32,000 nt of DNA from an uncultured archaeon. GTDB lineage: Archaea; Iainarchaeota; Iainarchaeia; Iainarchaeales; 0-14-0-20-30-16. The stretch is taken from the NCBI GenBank assembly GCA_964595665.1, contig CAZQQS010000005.1, forward strand, positions 1-32,000, written 5' to 3'. Of the stretch, positions 16,470 through 24,736 are shown piece after piece (the stretch's first letter is position 1; every line of letters begins with the position of its first letter). A program made the position numbers and the translations under genes. The notes beneath the pieces were generated by a model. The model was given only the letters and a program-made list of their open reading frames with translations, was not told where the DNA came from and searched no databases.

Positions 16470-16701
16470 ATTCTTTTAATAATTCTTCTTTTGTTTCGTG
16501 TTTTTCAGCTTGAATTTCTTTTTCAGCAGCTTTATTAAAAACACCCATATCTTCATCTTTTTTATTTAATCTTGAAAGCGTATACAAATAAGCATTGATT
16601 ATGCTATCCAAATCTAATTTTCTTTTCAAACCTAATCTTGCAATTTCTTCAATATATGCCCTTACTAATTGAACTGCTAAATCCTCATTTTTTGAAGCCA
16701 T
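16462..16701 (-). CDS. Hypothetical 79-aa helical acidic protein
   Basis: ATG preceded by a GGGGGAT SD-like element. Predicted all-helical (LAVQLVRAYIEEIARLGLKRK...). Overlaps the rfcL ORF start by 8 nt. No family recognised. Confidence 0.4.
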   Translation of the reverse strand: MASKNEDLAVQLVRAYIEEIARLGLKRKLDLDSIINAYLYTLSRLNKKDEDMGVFNKAAEKEIQAEKHETKEELLKEFV

Positions 16702-16703
16702 AT

Positions 16704-17033
16704 TTAATCCCCCAATACATTAATATTTACATATTCAAAATTTAAATTTTGTTTTATTTTATTTTCTAAAACTTCTTCATAATTTCCCAAGTCAATTCCA
16801 GGAATAAAAATTATATTAATATCTATATTACTATCATTTATATTACTTTCCAAATTATATTTCCCAGAATAGTTATTTTGCATTAAATAAGTATCTAAAT
16901 TAGATTTTGTTATCCCTAAAGCAACAATTTCAACATTTTCTTTTGGATAACTCGCAAATATTATTATAACTAATACTACGACAACAGCTAAAACAAATAA
17001 AAATTCAAAGCTAGTCTGGCCTTTTTTACTCAT
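16704..17033 (-). CDS. Pilin-like (class III signal peptide) protein, orphan
   Basis: MSKKGQ-TSFEFLFVLAVVVVLVIIIF: K-G-Q, Glu +5, hydrophobic helix. N-rich tail, no Cys. Located 7.6 kb from the filament locus. Confidence 0.55.
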   Translation of the reverse strand: MSKKGQTSFEFLFVLAVVVVLVIIIFASYPKENVEIVALGITKSNLDTYLMQNNYSGKYNLESNINDSNIDINIIFIPGIDLGNYEEVLENKIKQNLNFEYVNINVLGD

Positions 17034-17064
17034 AGTATATATAGGCCAAACTATTTAAAATAGT

Positions 17065-18621
17065 TCACTTTGACAAAATATATTTTACTATTGACGCATA
17101 TGCGGGTCTAGTAATCAATACACCTATAGCTACACCAATTAATGTTGTTAATGCGAAACCAACTAATTTTGGAACACCACCAAAAACAAAAATCATTGGT
17201 AACATAGTTATTGTTAATGTTGCCGCAGCCATCCAAACAATAAAGAACGCTCTTTTAACTCGAGCTAATAAACTTCTTTCTTCTTGTTCTTCTTTTCGTT
17301 TCATTAGTTCATCAGTAATTATTATTTGGTCATCTACACCCGTTCCTACAGCGGCTAATATTCCAGCTATTGCAGATAAATCTAATTGCCAATTAATTAA
17401 TGAAGATGTTGCTAAAGTTAAATATATTTCAGAAATTCCAACTAATAACATAGGTAATGCAACTTTCCAATTTCTATATCTAACAAATAAAATTAAAGCA
17501 ATAACCATTAATGCTATAAGTCCAGCAATTAATAATTTACTTAAAATATTTTGTCCTAAAACTGGAGAAACGGTTTCTTTAGAAATACTATCTATTCCAA
17601 CAGGCAAAGAACCCGAATTTAATATTGCATATAATTCATTAACTTCATTTTGTGCGCCTTCTAAATCTACAGAACCACCATTAATAATTAATTCCATAAA
17701 AACTTGGAAATTTGGAGATGTAGTACTTGCTACATTTTGATTTGTAATAGTTTCACTTAAACCAATAATTGTTTTCAAACCAGTTGCAGTAAAACTCCAA
17801 GGAGTTTCCTCTCGCTTTTCAACAGGTAACAATTCAACATTTAAATATTCTAATGCAGAAACATTCAAATCTGATTCATAAACTATAGTTTCAACATTAT
17901 TATCTAAAACAAAATTATTTATTTCAAATAAAACATTTTCATCTAAAGTATCATAAGTAATATATTTTAAATTTCCATTTTTATATAAATCTCTTATAGC
18001 ATTGTTTGCCAAATAATTGTCTTCTTCAAAAGTATCATTACTAATTAAGTATAATGCATTTATAGGCCTATCAATAAAGAAATATGTGCTAGGACAAGAA
18101 GTACTTCCATCTTGTAATAAAATACATTTTCTAAATATACTTTCAGAAAAATTTCTTGCAGCTTTGGCATTTAAAACAAAAGGAATTTGCCAACCATAAC
18201 CATCAGCAGTCTTAGAAATTCCAAAACCTTTAGTTGCAGTTTTACTTACATCAACAACCTCATCACCAGTAAATAAAACCTTGCCTTCAAATAAACATTC
18301 AAATCTACCTTGTTTTTGTAAAATTTCTTCGATTCTTGCTACTTTATCTGGATCGCTTTCTGCAACTTCTATTCCAACATATTGATTGTCCCAAGAAGTT
18401 ACTTTAACATCTTTTAATCCAGTCCAATCTAGCCTTTGAGAAACTGTTGATTGCACTCGCTCCATTTGCGAGTTATCTATTTCTTTATCTAAAGTCAAAA
18501 TAAATTGTGTGCCACCAGAAAAATCTAAGCCATAGCTTAATCCTTTAACACCTAAAATTATTGCTCCCAAAATCAAAACAACTGCGAAAATTATTACTCT
18601 TGCATCTTTAAATAAACTCAT
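17065..18621 (-). CDS. secD: Protein-export membrane protein SecD
   Basis: N-terminal TM, GLDFSGGTQF motif, an extracytoplasmic domain of about 330 aa, then a C-terminal 5-TM bundle with GTGVDDQIIITD. Follows secF in the archaeal secF-secD order. Confidence 0.85.
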   Translation of the reverse strand: MSLFKDARVIIFAVVLILGAIILGVKGLSYGLDFSGGTQFILTLDKEIDNSQMERVQSTVSQRLDWTGLKDVKVTSWDNQYVGIEVAESDPDKVARIEEILQKQGRFECLFEGKVLFTGDEVVDVSKTATKGFGISKTADGYGWQIPFVLNAKAARNFSESIFRKCILLQDGSTSCPSTYFFIDRPINALYLISNDTFEEDNYLANNAIRDLYKNGNLKYITYDTLDENVLFEINNFVLDNNVETIVYESDLNVSALEYLNVELLPVEKREETPWSFTATGLKTIIGLSETITNQNVASTTSPNFQVFMELIINGGSVDLEGAQNEVNELYAILNSGSLPVGIDSISKETVSPVLGQNILSKLLIAGLIALMVIALILFVRYRNWKVALPMLLVGISEIYLTLATSSLINWQLDLSAIAGILAAVGTGVDDQIIITDELMKRKEEQEERSLLARVKRAFFIVWMAAATLTITMLPMIFVFGGVPKLVGFALTTLIGVAIGVLITRPAYASIVKYILSK

Positions 18622-19667
18622 TATTTCACCTTTTTATTTTCTAAATACCATAATAAAATTGGACCATTCATGAACCAAGTAGCAAACAAATCAACCACTA
18701 ATCCAAATATTAAAACAATTGATATATCAAACAAAACACTTATGTTGTAGAAATATGAAAAAATTAACATTACTACTAAAGTACCCAAAGTTGTAGTAGT
18801 CATTATTGAACCCGTTCTTAAAGCATCACCAGCTCTTTGTTTTGCATGTCCTTCTTTTCTTTTTAATAACCTAGTTGTTAACATTATATCTGTATCTATA
18901 GAATAACCCAACAACATCAACAATGCCGGAATAGTAGTTAATGATAATGGAATGCCAGTTATAGCTAAACCAGCTAAACCCCCTAAAACATCTAATATTG
19001 CACAAACAATAATTGCTATTGAAGGGATAATTTCTCCAAAAGCAATTAATATTAAAACAATTATTCCTATTATTGCAATAATTGCTACCAAAATTGCTTT
19101 ATTATAAAAAGATTCTCCTAAACTTGGACTAATTTCTTTTAAATTCACATTAGATGTGTTTATTCCAAATTCAGTATTTAAAAATTCTAAAATTCCTTTT
19201 GAATTATTATTTTTTGTATAGTTATAAAATAAATCTAATCCTGAAACCCAATCCGAATAATTATTTAAAACTAAATCAGCATAATCAAAATTATATTCTT
19301 TAAATAAATTCTCAATATTTGTTACAGCTAAATCTTTATCAGACATTTGCTTTATGTCTTCAATCTTAGTCTTTAACAAAACCAAGCTATTTTGTTCCAA
19401 ATATTGAATATCCATTCTTTTAGTTATTCCAGAATTATAAACAATAGTTAATTCTTCTAAACCAAAAGTATTTTCTAAAGCGATTTTTATTTCCTCAGTA
19501 TTAACATTTTCAACCCCATAAATAGAAATTAATGTTCCACCTTGTAAATCAATACCTTTTTTAACCCCAAAACCAAAAATAAAAATTAAACTTATAAGAA
19601 ACAAAATTAAAGGAACTATCAAGTACATTTTATAATTTTTCTCATAAAATTTATCATAAAAACTCAT
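18621..19667 (-). CDS. secF: Protein-export membrane protein SecF
   Basis: N-terminal TM, GIDLQGGTLI, a loop of about 150 aa, then a 5-TM bundle (LGYSIDTDIMLTTR). The track start is TTG 19688; ATG 19667 is preceded by GGTGATTTA and is preferred. Confidence 0.85.
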   Translation of the reverse strand: MSFYDKFYEKNYKMYLIVPLILFLISLIFIFGFGVKKGIDLQGGTLISIYGVENVNTEEIKIALENTFGLEELTIVYNSGITKRMDIQYLEQNSLVLLKTKIEDIKQMSDKDLAVTNIENLFKEYNFDYADLVLNNYSDWVSGLDLFYNYTKNNNSKGILEFLNTEFGINTSNVNLKEISPSLGESFYNKAILVAIIAIIGIIVLILIAFGEIIPSIAIIVCAILDVLGGLAGLAITGIPLSLTTIPALLMLLGYSIDTDIMLTTRLLKRKEGHAKQRAGDALRTGSIMTTTTLGTLVVMLIFSYFYNISVLFDISIVLIFGLVVDLFATWFMNGPILLWYLENKKVK

Positions 19668-19741
19668 TAAATCACCTAAAAATAACAATTAACATAATAT
19701 TTAATCTTATAATATATAAATCCAAAAACTATATAAACTAT

Positions 19742-21025
19742 TTATTTAATATCAAACAAATTTCTTTGAATTTTTGCTTTTTTTTGTGATATTTGGTTAA
19801 AAATATCATTATCTACGGCTAATTTATCCTCTTTTGAAAAACTAATTATTGGTTTTCCATATTTCCCTCCACCACCTGGAAAATAACTTACTAAGCCATT
19901 TCTAAAAGCTAAAATATATTTTGTTATATCTGGATTAATATTGTTTAAATCGGATTCTTTAAAATCAAATAAAATATTTGTTTCAGTTTCCCCAATTTTT
20001 ATAAAATCCCACCAAATATTTTGAACATTCTTAGATAATAAGTTTTTATTATTTATTGCCAAGCTTATAATTTCTGACAAAGGCAAAATATATTTGTAAT
20101 TAGCCCGATTATAATTCAAAATTTTATTTTGAGAAATTTCTTCAATTCTTTCACAAACTCCTTTTTTAATTTGGCCTTTACAAATACATCTCCACTTTAG
20201 TTTTATTGCTTCTTGCAAAGTATAAAAAGTTAAACAATTTTTACATCTTGTTTTATGATATATTCCTTCTTTTGGATCTAAACCTATATTAAATAATAAT
20301 TCTCGCCCATCTTTTTTTTGCAAAGCTTTTTGTATTTCATAATAATTTGGTTTTTGTAAATTAAAAATATTAAATTCTCTTCCTAACCTGTGAGGCCAAA
20401 AACTATGTGCATCACTATTTGATAAAAAATTAATATCTTTTAATTCTTCAATATTATTTGCCAAATAAGAATCTGCACTTAATCCCAATTCTAAAAAAGA
20501 AATATTTTCAGAATATTTACCATAAGCTTCTTGCAAAGAATTATAATGTGCATAAATTCCAAAATAGGGTGTATACGCGTGCGCCGGACCAAACATTAAA
20601 TTTAATTCTACACACAATTTTGCAATTTGTTCTGCGCTTGCATCATACCACGGCCTACCATTCATAGAACCATCAAATTTTTTACAAAATATTTTGCTTT
20701 TTTCTTTAAAATCAATAATCGATTTCTTATCAGGAAATAAAATTAAATGGTGTGTCCTATCTTTTGCTTGTATTTCAGTAGATAAAATAAAATTATTTCT
20801 TTTTTCCCCAAAAATAGTTTTTACATCATAAAAAAATGTTTCGTCTTCAAATTGCAATTTATTAAATACAGATTCTTGCCAAGTTTTGTGTGTTAAATCC
20901 CCAATAGGACAAATGTTCAAACCTTTATAAAATCCCATTTCAGCTATTTTATCCACACTTAAATTTTTACTTGTGCCTCCAGCATAAGGTCCATGAATAT
21001 GTAAATCAGCATTATATTTTTGCAT
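19742..21025 (-). CDS. Endonuclease Q (EndoQ) family: PHP-domain + zinc-finger DNA lesion endonuclease
   Basis: ADLHIHGPY (PHP), HHLILFP, FGPAHAYTP, FLELGLSADS, LSNSDAHSFWPHRLGREFN, GLDPKEGIYHKTRCKNCLTFYTLQEAIKLKWRCICKGQIKKGVCERIEE (Cys4 finger), C-terminal PGGGGKYG. This block-by-block pattern matches my recollection of Pyrococcus EndoQ. The track GTG 21034 is part of a GTGAT SD; ATG 21025 is preferred. Confidence 0.8.
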   Translation of the reverse strand: MQKYNADLHIHGPYAGGTSKNLSVDKIAEMGFYKGLNICPIGDLTHKTWQESVFNKLQFEDETFFYDVKTIFGEKRNNFILSTEIQAKDRTHHLILFPDKKSIIDFKEKSKIFCKKFDGSMNGRPWYDASAEQIAKLCVELNLMFGPAHAYTPYFGIYAHYNSLQEAYGKYSENISFLELGLSADSYLANNIEELKDINFLSNSDAHSFWPHRLGREFNIFNLQKPNYYEIQKALQKKDGRELLFNIGLDPKEGIYHKTRCKNCLTFYTLQEAIKLKWRCICKGQIKKGVCERIEEISQNKILNYNRANYKYILPLSEIISLAINNKNLLSKNVQNIWWDFIKIGETETNILFDFKESDLNNINPDITKYILAFRNGLVSYFPGGGGKYGKPIISFSKEDKLAVDNDIFNQISQKKAKIQRNLFDIK

Positions 21026-21557
21026 TTGAATCACTATAAATTAACCACAAATAATAAAATAAAATAAAAAATATGAAAAATCCAATTTTAAAAAATATGG
21101 TGTGTAAAACATCTACCAAATTTAAATTTACAAAACCCAATAAAAAAATCATAGCTAACATTCTAATTAAATTAAAATAAATAAATAAAATTAGCAATAC
21201 AAGAAATCCAATAAGTTTATTTTTAAAATTTACTTTTAAATTAGCAAATATTAGTGCTGTGAAAACACATAATTCAAATAAACCAGTACAAACATCAATA
21301 ATATTTATTTCATTCCCAAAAACAAAAATTCCATAATTAATTCCATTAAAAAATAATTCATTAATTATAGTTAAATTGTTTAAAATGTTGTGAGCAATAT
21401 AGGAATAAAAATAAGATAAATTTAAAAAACTAGTAATATAATTTAAAAATAATAAGATTATAACAAATAGTGCTAAAAATAATATTGCGTGATAAAAAAA
21501 ATTCGAATAAATTTTGGAATATAATTTTTTTATTCTTTTAGAAAAATCTTTATTCAT
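21012..21557 (-). CDS. Small exosortase/archaeosortase-family membrane protein
   Basis: Polytopic, 181 aa. Cys in IIDVCTGLFEL, Arg in YFNLIRMLAM and His in VDVLHTIFFKIG occur in the order and spacing of the family's Cys/Arg/His triad. ATGA overlap with the patatin gene. Confidence 0.6.
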   Translation of the reverse strand: MNKDFSKRIKKLYSKIYSNFFYHAILFLALFVIILLFLNYITSFLNLSYFYSYIAHNILNNLTIINELFFNGINYGIFVFGNEINIIDVCTGLFELCVFTALIFANLKVNFKNKLIGFLVLLILFIYFNLIRMLAMIFLLGFVNLNLVDVLHTIFFKIGFFIFFILFYYLWLIYSDSNAKI

Positions 21558-22342
21558 AACATACCCAATTCTTTTTTGATTTTATTTAATTGTTTTTTCG
21601 CACCCTTCTTACCAGCTAAAATATAACTTTTGGCAGTGTCCAAACTAAATTCATCTTTGAATAAAGTATATTGTGGAGAAATTATAATTGCATTTTCATT
21701 TTTTAATGTTAAACGAGTAATTTCACATTGAATTAAATATAATGTTCTATAAATCATTTGAATTGTAGTTGGCTCTTTTTTATAAGTTTTTATATTGTAG
21801 GGATACAAATCAACACCAACTAAAACATCACATTTATTCTTTCTTAAAATTTCTATAGGCACGGGTTGAAATAAGCCCCCATCTACAAGCCATTTACCCC
21901 AATAAAAAGTAGGTGAAAATACTATGGGTATGGACATACTTGCCAAAATCGCTTCTTTAATCAAACCTTTATTTAATATAACTACCTTACCAGTTTCCAC
22001 ATCTACAGCAGTAATTGCCAAAGGAATTTTACAATCTGAAAATTTTTTATTTCCAAAAACACTTTCAAAAAAATATTTTATTTTTTTTAAAATTATTGTT
22101 TTTTGCATTACTGTTTCAATACCAAAAACCTTTAAATTATTTTCTTTAATAAAAGATACTGCATCTTCATTTAATTTTCCCAAATCTTTGTATAGCGCAT
22201 AATGTGCGGCAACTATTGCTCCTATGCTAGACCCAGATATAAAATTTATTGGAATTTTGTTTTTTTCAAATGTTTCCAAAACTCCTATATGAGATAAACC
22301 TAATGATCCACCTGCACCTAAAGCTAAACCAACTTTTTTCAT
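21554..22342 (-). CDS. Patatin-like phospholipase
   Basis: Oxyanion-hole region GLALGAGGSLGLSHIGVLE, nucleophile elbow GSSIGAIVAA (GxSxG), catalytic Asp in WLVDGGLFQPVP. The track GTG 22351 is part of a GTGAT SD; ATG 22342 is preferred. Confidence 0.85.
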   Translation of the reverse strand: MKKVGLALGAGGSLGLSHIGVLETFEKNKIPINFISGSSIGAIVAAHYALYKDLGKLNEDAVSFIKENNLKVFGIETVMQKTIILKKIKYFFESVFGNKKFSDCKIPLAITAVDVETGKVVILNKGLIKEAILASMSIPIVFSPTFYWGKWLVDGGLFQPVPIEILRKNKCDVLVGVDLYPYNIKTYKKEPTTIQMIYRTLYLIQCEITRLTLKNENAIIISPQYTLFKDEFSLDTAKSYILAGKKGAKKQLNKIKKELGML

Positions 22343-22347
22343 AAAAA

Positions 22348-22773
22348 TCACTTCAAAATTCCAAAATAATAATTATCAAATTGATGTTTTTCTGCAATAT
22401 TTAATTTCTCCAAAGTATTTAAATGCTCTGTTAAGAAAAATATTTTACTATTATTCCAAGAAAATATCAAAATCCAAAATTTCCCTTTTGATTCATTTCG
22501 TGTTTGTTCCACCCACTCAAAAATTCTTCCTTTGGGATTAATTAATTCAAATAAATTAATAGGTGCTTTTGATTTTTTACATTCAATAACCAAATCCAAA
22601 TATTTTGGGTTTTCTGAAAAAACATCTCCAAAAAATCTTTTGTCTTCACTTTTATTTATTGTAGAAAAAGCCCCACTCATTGGAACTCTTTTCCACTCAT
22701 CTTTTGTTAAATCTTTTAGAAGATTTACTACTTGCCTTTCAAAACTTTTTCCTTTTTGAATGCTATTAACCAT
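22348..22773 (-). CDS. PD-(D/E)xK nuclease, archaeal Holliday-junction resolvase (Hjc)-like
   Basis: KGKSFERQVVNLLKDL...RVPMSGA...GDVFS-x9-LVIECKKSK parallels Hjc (KG..ER....L....V.R..SG...PDIIA...IE.K). Size (141 aa) fits. The ATG overlaps the mutL stop as TAATG. Confidence 0.55.
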   Translation of the reverse strand: MVNSIQKGKSFERQVVNLLKDLTKDEWKRVPMSGAFSTINKSEDKRFFGDVFSENPKYLDLVIECKKSKAPINLFELINPKGRIFEWVEQTRNESKGKFWILIFSWNNSKIFFLTEHLNTLEKLNIAEKHQFDNYYFGILK

Positions 22774-24494
22774 TATAATCTCCCTATTTTTTTATAAATT
22801 TCTTTTTTAGTTAATTCTATAATTGTCGGCCTGCCATGTGGGCAAGTATATGGGCTTTTAGTTTTAAATAAATTTTCTATTATTCGAGACATTTCAAAAG
22901 TACTCAAAATGGTGTCTGCTTTAACTGATTTTTTACACGCCAAACTAATTAATATTTTTTCTTTTAAATCTTCCAAATTATTTTTTTTATTTAAATCCAA
23001 ATCTTTAATCAAATCTAAAAATAATTCTTTTAATTCTAATTTATCTGGAATTCTTCCCAAAATTATTGGAATGCTTCTTAAAACCAACTCTTTTTTCAAA
23101 ATAGTATAATCTAAACCAAATCTTAAAAGGTTTTCTTTTAAATCTTCTAATAACCCTAAATCTTCAAATGCAAAATCTAAAATCATTGGAGAAAGTAATG
23201 TTTGTTTCTCTAAGTAATTTTTATTTGAATATTGTTCTAAAAATAATTCATAATTATATCTTTCTTCAGCAACATGTTGATCTATTAATAATAAATTCTC
23301 ACTTTCATTTTCTACTAAAATAAAGGTTTTATTGTATTGGCCCAAGATTTTAAATTTTAACTTTTCTTCAATACTCGCAAAAAATAATTTTTTATTTTCA
23401 AATTGTTCTTTTTTTTCAGTTTCAATTACTTGAGAATCATTAAAATTGTAATTGGATTTAGATTCACTAATTAATGAAATTATTTTGGTTTTTTGTGGCT
23501 CCAAATTATTTTTTAACCCTTCTTCTAATTTATTCTTTAAAGCAGTATATACTGGATAAAAGAAAGTATTACTATCTTTTACCCTGATTTCTAATTTTTG
23601 GGGGTGCACATTAACATCAATTATTTTTGGATTTAATTCTAAAAAAACAAAAACATTTGGTTTTTTTCCTTTGGGAATTTTAAATTCAAAAGCTTTGCTA
23701 ATTGCATAATTAATAGTTTTGTTTATTATCGCTCTATTATTAACATAAAAAATTTGCTTTTCAGTATAAGAATCTTTTACTTCGCTATAATTTGTAAAAT
23801 AAATTTTAGAATTAACAATTGGATCTCTATATTCTGCTTCAAACACATCTAAATTAAAAACATCTTTAATTCTTTTTTTTACATCTTCACAAGATTTATA
23901 ATCAAATATTAATTTGTCTTCAGAATAAAATTTAAATTTAACTTTGTAATTTGCAATTGCAATTGTTTTTATTAAGTCAACTATTTTTTTTAATTCATAA
24001 CTATCTGTTTTTAAGAATTTTTGCCTCGCAGGAATATTATAAAATAAATTATAAACATTTATTGTTGTACCCAAATATTTTGTTTGGGGGGTTAAATTTA
24101 CATTTTTGTTATTCTCTAAAGCTAATTTATAAGATACTTCCGAATCTTTAGTTCCCGAAATAATCTCAATTTTAGAAACTTCTGCAATTGTTGCTAAAGC
24201 TTCACCTCTAAAACCATAACTAAAAATAGAATAAATATCTTCAATTTTTCTTATTTTTGAAGTAGCATGTCTTTTAATACATAAAGATAAATCTTCTTTA
24301 TCCATTCCAGAACCATCGTCTATAACAGAGATTTGTTTTTTACCCGCTTGTTTTACTTTAATTATAATTTCACTTGCACCGGAATCTAAAGAATTTTCAA
24401 TTAATTCTTTTACTACGCTTGCCGGTCTCTCTATAACCTCACCAGCAGCAATTTTTGTAATTGTAGATTCGTCCAATAGTTGTATTTTAGGCAT
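22773..24494 (-). CDS. mutL: DNA mismatch repair protein MutL (endonuclease-proficient type)
   Basis: GHKL N-terminus IAAGEVIERPASVVKELIENSLDSGA, DDGSGM, GFRGEAL. C-terminal endonuclease motif DQHVAEERYNYE (DQHAxxExxxxE), ACKKSVKA, CPHGRP. The track start is TTG 24533; ATG 24494 (MPKIQLLDE...) gives the canonical N-terminus. Confidence 0.92.
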   Translation of the reverse strand: MPKIQLLDESTITKIAAGEVIERPASVVKELIENSLDSGASEIIIKVKQAGKKQISVIDDGSGMDKEDLSLCIKRHATSKIRKIEDIYSIFSYGFRGEALATIAEVSKIEIISGTKDSEVSYKLALENNKNVNLTPQTKYLGTTINVYNLFYNIPARQKFLKTDSYELKKIVDLIKTIAIANYKVKFKFYSEDKLIFDYKSCEDVKKRIKDVFNLDVFEAEYRDPIVNSKIYFTNYSEVKDSYTEKQIFYVNNRAIINKTINYAISKAFEFKIPKGKKPNVFVFLELNPKIIDVNVHPQKLEIRVKDSNTFFYPVYTALKNKLEEGLKNNLEPQKTKIISLISESKSNYNFNDSQVIETEKKEQFENKKLFFASIEEKLKFKILGQYNKTFILVENESENLLLIDQHVAEERYNYELFLEQYSNKNYLEKQTLLSPMILDFAFEDLGLLEDLKENLLRFGLDYTILKKELVLRSIPIILGRIPDKLELKELFLDLIKDLDLNKKNNLEDLKEKILISLACKKSVKADTILSTFEMSRIIENLFKTKSPYTCPHGRPTIIELTKKEIYKKIGRL

Positions 24495-24568
24495 AAACAA
24501 TAAAGAGCAAACATATTTAATAGGTTTTTGCAAGTTAAATTTAAATACTTATTCAACTTCTATATAAT

Positions 24569-24736
24569 ATGCCCGCAGCACCACGAAAACCTATACATCA
24601 TCAATTAAACGCAATTCATGCCACATTTCAAAACGGAGCTTCGATTAATGCTGGTAGCCCTAATGATATAAGAAGTGTTGAAGCTCAAAAAAGATTAAAG
24701 AAAATGCAATTGCGAAAATTTGATAAACGTATTTAA
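24569..24736 (+). CDS. Possible 55-aa basic small protein in the mutL-mutS spacer (or a structured RNA)
   Basis: Hand translation: MPAAPRKPIHHQLNAIHATFQNGASINAGSPNDIRSVEAQKRLKKMQLRKFDKRI*. The region is visibly more GC-rich than its surroundings. TTTAAATA at 24540-24547 lies about 22 nt before the ATG, a leaderless-type spacing. No family recognised. Confidence 0.3.
   Translation: MPAAPRKPIHHQLNAIHATFQNGASINAGSPNDIRSVEAQKRLKKMQLRKFDKRI

Noticed and set aside
24569-24700. tRNA or C/D-box sRNA in the GC-enriched mutL-mutS spacer
   Set aside because: I could not build an acceptor/T-arm cloverleaf: TTCGATT is present, but the flanking 5-mers GGAGC and AATGC are not complementary. No properly spaced RUGAUGA/CUGA box pair appears on either strand. 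The region is reported instead as an unresolved finding.
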